The notes beneath the pieces are model-generated. The model worked only from the letters and a program-made list of their open reading frames with translations. It had not been told where the DNA came from and did no database searches. DNA of 63,618 nt, filler included, from Octopus bimaculoides (Eukaryota): the NCBI RefSeq assembly GCF_001194135.2. It is 5 parts of 5 records of this genome, joined end to end, with 100 filler letters (N's around TTAATTAATTAA, not from the genome) between each part and the next. Parts side by side here need not be neighbours in the genome. Positions count along the whole stretch, not along the records: positions 15,900 to 36,211 come from NC_068985.1; positions 36,312 to 44,265 come from NC_069007.1; 3 more parts are not named here. One strand, written 5' to 3'. The position numbers were made by a program, and so were the translations under genes. The first letter of the stretch is position 1; each line of letters begins with the position of its first letter. Of this stretch, positions 24,125 through 36,937 are shown one piece after another.

Positions 24125-25158
24125 NNNNNNNNNNNNNNNNNNNNNNNNNNNNNNNNNNNNNNNNNNNNNNNNNNNNNNNNNNNNNNNNNNNNNNNNNNNN
24201 NNNNNNNNNNNNNNNNNNNNNNNNNNNNNNNNNNNNNNNNNNNNNNNNNNNNNNNNNNNNNNNNNNNNNNNNNNNNNNNNNNNNNNNNNNNNNNNNNNNN
24301 NNNNNNNNNNNNNNNNNNNNNNNNNNNNNNNNNNNNNNNNNNNNNNNNNNNNNNNNNNNNNNNNNNNNNNNNNNNNNNNNNNNNNNNNNNNNNNNNNNNN
24401 NNNNNNNNNNNNNNNNNNNNNNNNNNNNNNNNNNNNNNNNNNNNNNNNNNNNNNNNNNNNNNNNNNNNNNNNNNNNNNNNNNNNNNNNNNNNNNNNNNNN
24501 NNNNNNNNNNNNNNNNNNNNNNNNNNNNNNNNNNNNNNNNNNNNNNNNNNNNNNNNNNNNNNNNNNNNNNNNNNNNNNNNNNNNNNNNNNNNNNNNNNNN
24601 NNNNNNNNNNNNNNNNNNNNNNNNNNNNNNNNNNNNNNNNNNNNNNNNNNNNNNNNNNNNNNNNNNNNNNNNNNNNNNNNNNNNNNNNNNNNNNNNNNNN
24701 NNNNNNNNNNNNNNNNNNNNNNNNNNNNNNNNNNNNNNNNNNNNNNNNNNNNNNNNNNNNNNNNNNNNNNNNNNNNNNNNNNNNNNNNNNNNNNNNNNNN
24801 NNNNNNNNNNNNNNNNNNNNNNNNNNNNNNNNNNNNNNNNNNNNNNNNNNNNNNNNNNNNNNNNNNNNNNNNNNNNNNNNNNNNNNNNNNNNNNNNNNNN
24901 NNNNNNNNNNNNNNNNNNNNNNNNNNNNNNNNNNNNNNNNNNNNNNNNNNNNNNNNNNNNNNNNNNNNNNNNNNNNNNNNNNNNNNNNNNNNNNNNNNNN
25001 NNNNNNNNNNNNNNNNNNNNNNNNNNNNNNNNNNNNNNNNNNNNNNNNNNNNNNNNNNNNNNNNNNNNNNNNNNNNNNNNNTCCAACACTGTCTGTTTTT
25101 ATGTTTTATTTATATTCCTGCAGAACCAATGTGGGGTATAGAATATGGAATATGTGTG

Positions 25159-25191
<33 letters not shown>

Positions 25192-25974
25192 ACATATAAT
25201 GATATCTACCAAATGTATTGGTAAGATAAAACATGTAATCGTTACCAAAATATCAAAAATTCGTCCAGAAAGGTTTATAGTAAACTCCTTATGAATCGAT
25301 CTCCTTGGTTATATATCAAAAATTTAAATAAGAGCATTGACGCGAATATCCATATATATTAAAGTTTATTACCTATGTAAACATATCTGTATAAGGTCAA
25401 ATTCAACTCTTAATTCAAGTTAAATAAGTAAATTTCCTTACACATCCTCAGGCTAAAAAGTAAACACCCAAAAATTTTTTTTAATCTCTAAGGCTGATGC
25501 ATATTCAAAATTCCTCCTCAAATAAAAGTCCGTCTAAAGGAGAAAACCCTAATGATATTATTAATTATAAACAATCAAGTATTACAAATTATTGATCACT
25601 GGTAATAAATTCGAAACTAATGGAAATCCATATTATATTATCTCTAGAAACTTTAGTAAATAAATACAAATATACAATTAGATTATTAGTAATAATAAAT
25701 CATACAGTTCATATATCCTGTCTTTTAAACCTAATATTATATTATAATACCCGATCATACTGAAATTTATAATTTATTTAAACCAGAAAAACGTATGCCT
25801 AAGAAAATGACTACATCTGAAAGCATGTAAGTTTATTTATTAACTTACCCTTAGAAAATAATATAAAAAATAATTCTAGATTACACAACGAGCAATATCT
25901 CTTACCTTTGTCACAAGGGAAATATTTTCCAATAATCGACCATTCTAAATTATATATATATATATATATATACA

Positions 25975-26463
25975 CTAGCTGAATAGCCCGTCGTTACCAG
26001 GCAATTTTTACAATATAAATTTTTATTTATTCCATGTCAGAGCATGCCTTCCTCGACAGTTAGGCCTCTCGATCAGGACAGATTTGTGGAATTTTTTGCC
26101 GAAAAACGTCGTTGAGAAATGTTTTTTTCCTTTTCAAAGTATTTTCATGTCTATTTGACCGTTTCACATGACTTTATTCATTAAAACTTCAGAAGTTCTA
26201 ACAATTTTAATCGTCGTAATGCTTTGCATTCGTTTGTTTAATAAAAATTCCTCCTCCTAATGATTTTGCTTTCATTTTCTAATAGACAGCTATCATGCAG
26301 CTATCATGAAGAAAATGCTAGCTTCCAAATCCTGCTTTCTGAATAGGAAAAATTGATTAAACTTTAAACCTCAGTAACATTTTTCTGCAATTTTTCTGGA
26401 ACAAATAAATAACAAAATCGGATTTAACATGGAAAANNNNNNNNNNAATGGTGTATAGTAGAC

Positions 26464-26494
<31 letters not shown>

Positions 26495-27011
26495 TGTATG
26501 TATGTATGTATGTATGTGTGTGTGTGTGTGTGCCTGTGTGTGTGCCTCTGTGTGTGTGTTTCTTTACGATGGGCAGCAGAAAAGACACCTACCTCCCCTC
26601 TTCTTAAAGCTACGTATTCCTCACACCCACCTTTCTGTGTGTGTATTCTATCTATGTCTTTATGATAATATGTATGCAACGTCGCGCGTATATGACAGCT
26701 GTATAAACGTTTATCATCACATTCCCATTGCTGTTTTCACCTTCACTGGTATAAGTCACCCTCTCTCTGCTTCTACCTTTCCCTCAGATTTATACTTTTT
26801 TGCAACCTTCTCATTTTATCATATAATTCACCCAACGCCCCTGGGGAGTGGGGGCACATTATAGATTTTTATTGAAATGCAATTAGCCCATTATTGAACT
26901 GGATGTTAGTGTAACATGTATGCAAAGTTTTGTGAATATTGTTCCAGTGGTTTAGGCACTAAGACGGTAACAAACAGACAGACAAACAGAAATTGCCGTT
27001 TATATATTAGA
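25975..27011 (-). mobile_element. Non-autonomous Helitron (~1.04 kb)
   Basis: Minus strand begins A|TCTAATATATAAA at 27011 and ends ...CTAG|T at 25975. A GC hairpin (gcctg-gtaacga-cgggc) sits 7 nt before CTAG. These are canonical Helitron termini with an AT target and no TSD. Confidence 0.85.
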
Positions 27012-27023
27012 TATATATGCATC

Positions 27024-27066
<43 letters not shown>

Positions 27067-27698
27067 NNNNNNNNNNNNNNNNNNNNNNNNNNNNNNNNNN
27101 NNNNNNNNNNNNNNNNNNNNNNNNNNNNNNNNNNNNNNNNNNNNNNNNNNNNNNNNNNNNNNNNNNTGTATATCTGTGTGTCTGTGATCCTCATCATCAT
27201 TTAACATATGTATGTATGCATGTATGTATGTATGTATGTATGTAAACATATATTCACACAAACACCATCTAACACTAAATTTTTTAATTTGCTTCAGATG
27301 AGGGGGAAATTTAAAAAGCAAAAAGAAATTAAAAAAACAGATTACAAAAACTATTCAAGACATCAAAGAAATTTACACAAATGTCAAAATTTAGAAATCT
27401 AAAACAAACTGATATTTCAGGTTATTATGATATAATAAACTAAGAAGAATTAAAAATATATATATAATGTCATAGCAATTGCTGAAATAGCTTGTATAAA
27501 AAAAACATAGAATGCTACTGCTGTTCTGTTTAAGTGGTTATAAAGAAACTTTTTATTATAAACATGGAATTGTCAGGTAGACAACTGTTTGTCTTGCATA
27601 GACATTTTAGTTTTGTGGTCAACTAAACAGTGGTGTGTTGCGTCAGATTCTCCCCACCCCACCCCTCAGGATATATTGGGTTGAGAAAGAAAGAATAA

Positions 27699-27734
<36 letters not shown>

Positions 27735-27917
27735 ATATATATATATAAGTTTATGTATATATTAATATCATCTCAGTTTTAAAAAACCTTGCCAATGTAA
27801 ATATGTTAATAGTTACCATGGATAGCAAAAATCACACAAAAAAAACAGGATATCACACCCGTTTAATAGGTAGAGATACCAAGTTAAAGCGATGCATTTT
27901 GAGTAGATATGAATAAT

Positions 27918-28024
27918 AACAATAAATGGAGCAAAACGCATATAAATAAAAGTTCCTTTAATTCCAGGAACTTTTATTAATTCCAGGAACTTTTATTTAT
28001 ATGCGTTTTGCTCCATTTATTGTT
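27918..28024. repeat. Perfect 40-bp inverted repeat with a 27-nt spacer, abutting an assembly gap
   Basis: 27918-27957 is the exact reverse complement of 27985-28024. A 19-bp tandem duplication (ttaattccaggaactttta) overlaps the spacer. Confidence 0.95.
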
Positions 28025-29489
28025 NNNNNNNNNNNNNNNNNNNNNNNNNNNNNNNNNNNNNNNNNNNNNNNNNNNNNNNNNNNNNNNNNNNNNNNNNNNN
28101 NNNNNNNNNNNNNNNNNNNNNNNNNNNNNNNNNNNNNNNNNNNNNNNNNNNNNNNNNNNNNNNNNNNNNNNNNNNNNNNNNNNNNNNNNNNNNNNNNNNN
28201 NNNNNNNNNNNNNNNNNNNNNNNNNNNNNNNNNNNNNNNNNNNNNNNNNNNNNNNNNNNNNNNNNNNNNNNNNNNNNNNNNNNNNNNNNNNNNNNNNNNN
28301 NNNNNNNNNNNNNNNNNNNNNNNNNNNNNNNNNNNNNNNNNNNNNNNNNNNNNNNNNNNNNNNNNNNNNNNNNNNNNNNNNNNNNNNNNNNNNNNNNNNN
28401 NNNNNNNNNNNNNNNNNNNNNNNNNNNNNNNNNNNNNNNNNNNNNNNNNNNNNNNNNNNNNNNNNNNNNNNNNNNNNNNNNNNNNNNNNNNNNNNNNNNN
28501 NNNNNNNNNNNNNNNNNNNNNNNNNNNNNNNNNNNNNNNNNNNNNNNNNNNNNNNNNNNNNNNNNNNNNNNNNNNNNNNNNNNNNNNNNNNNNNNNNNNN
28601 NNNNNNNNNNNNNNNNNNNNNNNNNNNNNNNNNNNNNNNNNNNNNNTGTGTGTGTGTGTGTGTGTGTTTACTTAGAAAATGAAAAATAGTTGATTAAGAC
28701 ACTATTTTATTCACCCAAAAGTGGTAATTTTTTATTCCAGCTTTTCCATAATTCATTTATTTATTTGTTTATTTCATAACTGTCTTTTAACCCATGATTT
28801 TCCAAACATGTCTCCTGAACATTAACTATAGTTCTTACTCAGCAGTTCCTAGATTCTAGTTAAAAATACACTTGGAAAAGCTATAGACACTCACTTTTCC
28901 TCCTCAGATACTAAAGTTACTTTTATCAAAATATAAAAAGGAAGAAAACGAGAGAGAAAAAAAGAGTACTATAAAAGTAATGTTATAAAGGGACATAACT
29001 GGGTTATATTTTATTTCCCATCAGCAAATACTGTGTAACTTGTGATGGATAAGAAAGCTAGGAAATGAGCTACTGAAGGGATTATAATGAAAAATAAAGA
29101 TAGAAGAAACTTAATCTTTCAGGTTCTGCTTTGAAATTTTCTCTGAGCAAGACACATAACATAACATATTGTCAAATGTTCACTCGTGGTTTCATTAATT
29201 TTAATTTGAAGATGAAGGATAACATGACATACAAATAGGAAGTCGTCATATTCATGTCTTTCCAAATGATGTTAATTTAAGTGAAATAATTGGGGGGAGC
29301 ATGTTGGAGAAGGGATGTAGTTCTTCAGAAACGTCCTAAATGAAGATATATTCATAGTATATAATAAGAAAGAGGGATATCACTGTTGCCTGAAATTTAG
29401 CATCTTGCTGATTGTTGGGTCCCATAAAGAATAAGATATTTACTTTTCTCTCTCTAGTAAATTTCACTCCTACACTCACCACCATCTTT

Positions 29490-29552
29490 GCCGTCATCGT
29501 CATTATCATAATAATGGCCACCACTACCACCACCACCGCAATAATCATCAAG

Positions 29553-29585
<33 letters not shown>

Positions 29586-29900
29586 TGTTCTTCAACTCTT
29601 GTTCTTTTGTTATTTTGTTTTACTCTCTTTCATGGACATACAACCTGACTGTATGTTTGCAATAGATCTGTCACCTTATATCTATCGATCCCACAGCACC
29701 ATCTCCACCTTATTACCAACAGCAAAAACATGCTGATATTGCAAACACAGTGGCTGTTGTTTTTCCACCTCGACTGCAACTACTTCTTCATCATCGTCGT
29801 CATCATTATCGTCATCATCATCGTCATCATCATCATCATCATCATCATCATCGTTGTCATCATCGTCATCATCATCATCATCATCATCAACATCATTATC
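29490..29900. repeat. Two (ATC)n-rich trinucleotide tracts
   Basis: Direct reading; these generate the poly-D/M/I pseudo-ORFs. Confidence 0.9.
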
Positions 29901-30025
29901 ATACTTTGGTTCATGTTCTTTTTTAACATTCCTGTTAATGTTATTGTTGTTGTGGTCAATTTTCAATGCCATCATCACTCTTTATGCTTAAACACCATCA
30001 TCATAGGACAGTAAGAGCAATAAGA

Positions 30026-30060
<35 letters not shown>

Positions 30061-31341
30061 GTACACACATACAATGACACACATGTACATGTATTAGTCT
30101 TGATGTATAATCAATCATGTGAAGGCACAAGTATCCTTCAATTATCTCATTACATGTACCTGACATCATATTACAACTAACAGAAACTATAATATGCAAT
30201 GATGAAAATACAAAAGAATACACATGCATACATGTGGAGAGTGTTATGGTGTGTTTTACTTATGGCTTGCATAGTGATCTAGTGAAGGGAGCAACAAGTA
30301 TCCCACAACTGGATCTTTATTCATACCTGTGATGGCTTCCTTTTCTATCAACATTGGAATGATAATGATGGTGATAGAACTGAAAACAAGACTGTGTTGT
30401 TGAGTACCAGGGCAGCTCTGATAAAACACACCTATGGTCAAAGATGTTCTAGTTATGATTATCCAGTCTTATATTTGGATAAAGGGTGTGTCTAAAGTTG
30501 CATCAGCAAATGTGTAATTCCCTTTTTAAGATGGCAAGATGTAATTTAAAGGAGAATTAGAATATACCTTTAGTAGGTCGAAGACCACATAAAGAATCTC
30601 CAGGTTGATGAAAGTAGCCTGTAACCATTGAAATTTGAGCTTCTGGGTCATAGACACATCACAACACCAGTGACAGGAGCTAATTGTACACAGTCCCCTG
30701 TCAATTCAGCACCATATGTGTCTCTCGACTTAAGACTCTATACTGCTACATTTATGGATGTTATCACACATACCAATACAAGATTAATTTTTAATCTCAA
30801 AGCAAAGTGGAGAGGAGACGTCTTTCATTGCTTTCTTAATCAGTAAATAATCTTATTTCCTTTGAAGACAGGGAAAATTATTTTTAAATAAATAATTTTT
30901 AGGATGAATTAAGAGATAATTAAAATACCAACAAGTTAATATAAGGTATTTGGAGAATAGAAATGTGAATGTATTTCATATGAAAGAGAAGAAATAATTT
31001 ATTTCAAATTTGTTTGTTTTTTTTATAAGGATGAGGGTAAAATTTAAATCTCAAATTTCAAGTTCGTTTTTGTTCTAATTGTTTTATTTATATAATTATT
31101 TTCTAGTAAATTTTTATGCTTTCTTTTCAAGTTTTTATATTAGATTTCCCAGAAACTTTCTATTTTAAAACATACATTTACCTTTTACTATTAATTGACA
31201 CAAAAATTAAACTGCAAGTTTTGCATGTACATCTTTACTAACATATATTTGAAATACATATATATGTATATATATATGGGGAAGAAAAAACAAAATACTC
31301 TGCTTATATGGATCTGACTTGCAGTGCAAGCAGTAGAGAAT

Positions 31342-31473
<132 letters not shown>

Positions 31474-31564
31474 TTAAAGTTACAAACAATTCCAAAATCA
31501 ATACAATGTTACAGTTTCTTCTTACATTTTTTCATTATAGAGAATTTTATCGTCACCATTGTCT

Positions 31565-31750
31565 TTTAACATCCATCTTCCATGCTGGCATAGGTTGAGT
31601 GGTTCAGTAGGATCCAACTGCATTGTGTGTAGTCTAATGTCAGTCATGGCATGGTTTCTATGGATGGATGCCCTTTCTAATGGCAATCACTTTACAGAGT
31701 GTACTGGGTGCTTTTTTCATGACACCAGCACAAGTGAGGTTGCCTTGTAG
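31565..31750 (-). mobile_element. SINE family C (ggaagggcatccagc core, (GAT)n tail), old copy in the last LITAF intron
   Basis: ccatgct.gcat.ggttg...ggatgccct..ctaa.g.caa.cact..cagagtgta.tgggtgc, shared with the copies at 33990, 36030, 40410 and 41300. Confidence 0.7.
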
Positions 31751-31934
31751 CTTGCAAGACTAAGGTTCCCTTCTGATAAATGGAACTACAGTGGAAGAAG
31801 GGAGCTAAGAGATATGAAATTAAAGTATGAAAGAAGGGATCAGACCAAGTTTCTTACTGTAGCGTAGCTACATGTCTACTCACATCATATAAAACTGGAT
31901 AAGAATAATCAGGGTAGAGCTGGAAAGAGAGATA

Positions 31935-32345
31935 AGAGGTGATATCAAAAAGTTCCTTGGCTAGTTCTGTAGCACACCAACAGGTGGCAACACAGTTGCA
32001 TGCACAGTGAGAGCTAGAAGTAACCTTCATGAAGCAGTGTGCCAAGTAACATCACTGCTTTTACTTTGAAAGTTGTAAAATTTGTGTTTTTGTAATCATG
32101 TGTATGCTGCAGTCTGCAATTTTGTCATGGATAGGAAGTTAGAACAAAGTGTCAATGTGAAATCTTGCATTGAATTTGTGAAGTCTGCTACAGAGGCATT
32201 GAGCAAGCTTACAGCAACATGGTAGTGGGTCGTACACAATGTTTTGAGTGGCATGGGCACTTCAGAAGTGGAAGATGATATGCAATCTGGAAGACCTGTT
32301 ATGAGTGCTACAAAACTAGTCCAGGAACTTTTTGATACCGCCTCG
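31935..32345 (+). mobile_element. Mariner-derived MITE (deletion derivative, 411 bp)
   Basis: TIRs agaggtgatatcaaaaagttccttggctagt and actagtccaggaactttttgataccgcctcg, with TA on both sides. Retains a transposase start (MDRKLEQ.VNVK.C...KSATE...CFEWH..F...DD..SGRP). Confidence 0.88.
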
Positions 32346-33673
32346 TATATCTACATATCAGCTTGCTTCACCTTACTTTCATTTTGCATCTAACAATATT
32401 TAGTTATATAACTACATTTTATATATAAACAAAGAGTATACCTCTTTCATTTGGTTTGCATCAAAAGAGTGTCAATAATGTGAAAGAGATGGCTCAATTT
32501 TTCACGACGCATAAACATAAATAGGATAACTGCATTTATGATGATACCGTGTTTAGTAGCCAATACTAACTGCATTAAAAATGCTTTGTAGTGTGTGTGT
32601 GTGTGTGTGTGTATGCGCTCGTCAAATTAATTGCACTACTGCTCTCTCTCCTTTCCCATACAGATCCCCCAACCACATCCCTTTCCACTCCTTTTCCACC
32701 CCTCCACCTTACCCCTTCATTAGAAGATCCTGCAGGCCTTCCAGCCTTCCATTGTCTCCAGCTAGATCCCACCATCCTCCCTATTTCCCCAACCCACCCT
32801 TGCTCTCCTTCAAATGTGCCTGTAACCTACATCACCTACTGGTCCATAAGAGGTGATTTGGGCCCATGTGGCACAAAGGAGTGAAGAGAGAAGATTAATT
32901 CCTGTTCACAGTGAAAGCGGGAGTCTAGGTGGCCCCTGTGCAAAGATAGTCCAAACACAGACATGTTGTAGCGAATATATATATATATATATATATATAT
33001 TATTTAAAAGAGTTTCAACTCTGTCTGTTTTTTATGTTTTATTTATATTCTTATAAAATTAATGTGGGATATAAAATATGGAATATATAATATAAATGGT
33101 AAAATGAAATGAAGTATTGAATGTCTTATTGAATATACGAAATATTGAGTATTAAATATATAAGGACTAGTATACTTTCCAGCCTCATGGCATTCATCAA
33201 GATGTACTGTCACAGTATAAACATAACCCAGAACTGTTTCATTATAAAGTTTGCTATGAAGTATGTGAATAAAAAACTAAGTATGTTTCATAACACTTTA
33301 GTCAACATTTAGTGATATTTAATACTTCACTACAGATCAAACAGAATAAACTGTAATAAGGAAGGAACAGGGAGGACTTGAGAAAATATTAAGGAAGATC
33401 ACAGCACATCAGAATTTCAGCCGTGGAAACTTGCTTGACTTTCATTCTACCTCCTTTTCTTGTGTATTTTGTCAATAATACAAATTAAAATTAATTGTCC
33501 TCAGTATTTAATGAGTACTTATTTTATCTTCCCTGAGAGGATGAAAAGTAAAGATGCTTTCATAAGGTTTTGAACTCACAATGTAAAATACTATAAATAC
33601 CGAAAGGTATTTTGATTGATTTTCTATAATTTTTCAAATAATTATTTACAAATACAATAAATAGAGAATTTAC

Positions 33674-33890
33674 CCAAATAAGCAAAGAAGTCCAGAGACC
33701 AGCCATGTCAAAGCTCCGGTTTGGTATTCTGTTGCGGTTCTGACGTAAGCTTGACAATAGGGGCACACCATTTCTTTTGATTCTGGGCCGAATCCCATCT
33801 CTTGAACAACAATGACTGGCTGAGGTGTAATATTTGGTCCATGTTGGTATGAAGTGCTTCCACCTGGGTATATTGGTGGTTGGTATGGTC
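33674..33890 (-). CDS. LITAF: LITAF-like gene, penultimate exon (Pro-rich region, PPxY motif, first CxxC, hydrophobic segment)
   Basis: Lies within ORF 33670..33903: (G)PYQPPIYPGGSTSYQHGPNITPQPVIVVQEMGFGPESKEMVCPYCQAYVRTATEYQTGALTWLVSGLLCLF(G). Contains CPYC and the GALTWL motif typical of LITAF. Acceptor tcatttcaAG at 33892-33891, donor GTAAAT at 33673. Length 217 bp, phases 1 and 2. Confidence 0.95.
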
Positions 33891-33989
33891 CTTGAAATGA
33901 CACGAAATAAATTAATGGATTTATGAGTTGTTAAGTAAACACATCAATTACAGTTGGTAAGAATAATTATTTTTAGGGTTGTGTGTTGA

Positions 33990-34150
33990 CAATAGGACGG
34001 ACATTTGACAGTAGGAAGGGCATTGGCATTAACAAGGACACCCAGCCATAGATACCATGCCAAAGTAGACAGTGGAACATGGCACAATTCTCTGGTTTGC
34101 CAGATCCTGTCAAACCCATGTTAGCATGGAAAACAGATACTAAATGATGA
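33990..34150 (+). mobile_element. SINE family C, 3' part
   Basis: aggaagggcat...ccagccatag...catgttagcatggaaaa...taaatgatgatg. Confidence 0.7.
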
Positions 34151-34225
34151 TGTTCGACTAAAAGCGGTGTTCCAGCAAATGACTGAAACAAATAAAAGAA
34201 TTTTAAAAAACTATGCCATTTTAAT

Positions 34226-34250
34226 CCCGAGCAACGCCGGGTATCTCTGC
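34226..34250 (+). mobile_element. Isolated Helitron-like 3' hairpin
   Basis: cccgagcaacgccggg hairpin followed by tatctctgc. The terminal CTAG is degenerate (caaa). Confidence 0.4.
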
Positions 34251-34429
34251 AAATTTAAGAATAATATTCAGTTTGAGCTTTAAACAGGACGAGTTTTCTC
34301 CCTTAGACCGATCCGGTTGGCAAATTTTATGGGAATCTCTGGCCCTAGGTTATTTCCTGTCTGCAAGAATTTTTTTCCAGCTCTAATCGACGAACGGGGA
34401 AATCCATGCATACGTGTGTGTGTGTGTGT

Positions 34430-36045
34430 GTGTTTCATCAAAAGTGCTCAGACGTATCTTCGGAGTCAAGTGGAAATGTTTCGTACCAGATATAGAAGTT
34501 TTGCACATGGCACGTTGTAGCTCAATTGAACAATATGCTATCTTGGTTCAAATGAGATGGGCTGGATATGTTATTAGAATGAAAGATGAGTGCTTGCCAA
34601 AGTGTCTTCTTTTTATGGTGAGCTCAACTCTGGTAAGTGACCACAACATAACTCTTTTACTTTTTTACTTGTTTCAGTCATTTGACTGCGGCCATGCTGG
34701 AGCACCGCCTTTAGTCAATGAAATCGACCCCAGGACTTATTCTTTGGAAGCCTAGTACTTATTCTATTGGTCTCTTTTGCCGAACTGCTAAGTTACAGGG
34801 ATGTAAACACACCACCATCGGTTGTCAAGCGATTTTGGGGGGACAAACACAGACACACAAACATATACACAGACATANNNNNNNNNNNNNNNNNNNNNNN
34901 NNNNNNNNNNNNNNNNNNNNNNNNNNNNNNNNNNNNNNNNNNNNNNNNNNNNNNNNNNNNNNNNNNNNNNNNNNNNNNNNNNNNNNNNNNNNNNNNNNNN
35001 NNNNNNNNNNNNNNNNNNNNNNNNNNNNNNNNNNNNNNNNNNNNNNNNNNNNNNNNNNNNNNNNNNNNNNNNNNNNNNNNNNNNNNNNNNNNNNNNNNNN
35101 TAAATTTGTATACACAAATTAAATCTTGCCATGGAGGAATGTAGTGGCAGACAAAAAACAAGACAGGAAAACAAACAGAAAAGGCTTTACGGCCAGACGA
35201 GAAAAATTATGTGTGTATATATATATATATATATGTATGTATATATATATATACATATATACGACGGGCTTCTTTCAGTTTCCGTCTACCAAATCCACTC
35301 ACAAGGCTTTGGTCGACCCGAGGCTATAGTAGAAGTCACTTGCCCAAGGTGTCGCGCAGTGATACTGAACCCGGAACCATGTGGTTGGTAACCAAGCTAC
35401 TTACCACACAGCCACTCTTGCGACAAGGAAAAAGTATAAAGACTGTGTGAAGGAAAACTTGAAGAAACTAGATATTAACAAAAATGATTGAGAAATCGAT
35501 GTTCTAGATTGGAACTAGTGGGGAGCTGCTGTTAGGACTGGTTGCAATGCCTGGGAGGAAAAGATGATTCAACACTCTGAGTTTAAAAGGGCCTGTCGCA
35601 AAGGAATGATTGGAACTGAAATCAACAGTGAACATTAGATATGTATTATGTGTGAATCATGTTCTGTTTTCAAAAGCAGGATATGTGAATCATATGAAGT
35701 CACATGAAAATTGAAATGCCTAGGTAGGTAATAATCTAGAATAGCAACTGCCTCTTATGACTTGTGTCATATGTCACAAAACTTGTAAGACAATATCTGA
35801 ATTTAAAGGCATTTGGTAGTTAGCAAAAAGATTCCTTCAGAATTAGATTCCAAAGAGCAAAGTTATAGAAGAAACTTAAATAATATCTGTCACTTGTGTT
35901 TTAAACCCTGTCAGTCAGTAGCTGGTCTTAAAAGTCATCTGAGGGCTCATCAATGGAGTGATTGTACTGTGTGATGGGGGTGTGGTGTGTGTGTGTTGAT
36001 GGGATGGCTATCATCTGTCAAACTGAAGCAATCATCATCATCATC
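34430..36045 (+). mobile_element. RTE (BovB-like) LINE 3' fragment, split by a family A SINE
   Basis: FHQKCLRRIFGVKW..VPDIEVL..A...SIE......MRWAGYVIRMKDE.LPK.LL.YGEL.SG before the SINE. It resumes at ~35420 with K.YKD.VKENLK...W...VR.G...WEEK...KR..RK, followed by C2H2-like fingers. Confidence 0.85.
34651..35416 (-). mobile_element. SINE family A, young full-length copy (internal microsatellite in a gap)
   Basis: Close to the family consensus with most CpGs intact. Interrupts the RTE reading frame. Confidence 0.9.
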
Positions 36046-36211
36046 ATCGTTTAACGTCCGCTTTCCATGCTAGCATGGGTTGGACGATTTGACTGAGGAC
36101 TGGTGAAACCGGATGGCAACACCAGGCTCCAGTCTGATTTGGCAGAGTTTCTACAGCTGGATGCCCTTCCTAACGCCAACCACTCAGAGAGTGTAGTGGG
36201 TGCTTTTACGT
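36030..36211 (-). mobile_element. SINE family C, young copy running into a gap
   Basis: (ATC)n tail then gtttaacgtccgctttccatgctagcatgggttggacg. More than 90% identical by eye to 40410-40590. Confidence 0.85.
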
Positions 36212-36311
36212 NNNNNNNNNNNNNNNNNNNNNNNNNNNNNNNNNNNNNNNNNNNNTTAATTAATTAANNNNNNNNNNNNNNNNNNNNNNNNNNNNNNNNN
36301 NNNNNNNNNNN

Positions 36312-36572
36312 CTCAGAAACAATATGAAAGAAATTCAAGAGAAATGTATGTTGAATGAAAGAGGGATAATTCCATGGAACAATCCATAAGCAGCTCAGAA
36401 ACAATATGAAAGAAATTCAAGAGAAATGTATGTTGAATGAAAGAGGGATAATTCCATGGAACAATCCATAAGCAGCTTAGAAACAATATGAAAGAAATTC
36501 AAGAGAAATGTATGTTGAATGAAAGAGGGATAATTCCATGGAACAATCCATAAGCAACTCAGAAACAATATG
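36312..36572. repeat. Tandem array of an 82-bp unit (3.2 visible copies), starting at a gap
   Basis: Units start at 36312, 36394, 36476 and 36558 and differ by only 1-2 substitutions. Confidence 0.95.
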
Positions 36573-36855
36573 TTCCTGTACTGTGTTAAAAACCTCCGAT
36601 GAATTTCAGCGCCTGACACACCTTCCAACCAGAGAAATCGGATCACTGCTCTTTGTTCTTCTTTAGTGCTCTTTGCTGATGGAGCGGCCATGCTTACACT
36701 GGGAAACCAGAAAGAAGAAATGGCAACGATCAGGTTCAGACTTCGGTCATATGACCACTACAGTACCAACTATAAGCATGCATGTGCAGAAAGCCGTGTG
36801 ACAATAATAACGATACGTTATGACAAAAGTGCAGGTAATCATTGACTGCCCCTCG
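36573..36855 (-). mobile_element. 5' end of a mariner element
   Basis: TA|cgaggggcagtcaatgattacc TIR at 36855. ATG at 36691: MAAPSAKSTKEEQRAVIRFLWLEGVSGAEIHRRF.TQY.N, a mariner N-terminal HTH. Truncated at the 82-bp array. Confidence 0.85.
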
Positions 36856-36937
36856 TATATATATATATATATAGAGAGAGAGAGAAGGGGGGGAAGTGAT
36901 ACACTGAACAAAGACCTAGTGAGACATATATACTTAC

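Noticed and set aside
23974-25224. Long ORFs spanning N runs (also 13424, 28001, 52645, 58733, 62554 and others)
   Set aside because: They are open only because Ns translate as X; the flanks are microsatellites.
29682-29978. Acidic poly-D ORF downstream of LITAF
   Set aside because: It derives from an (ATC)n microsatellite and lies 3' of the LITAF stop codon. No convincing splice sites.
36312-36572. 82-bp repeats as a possible CRISPR array
   Set aside because: The units are directly adjacent with no unique spacers, there are no cas genes, and the context is eukaryotic.
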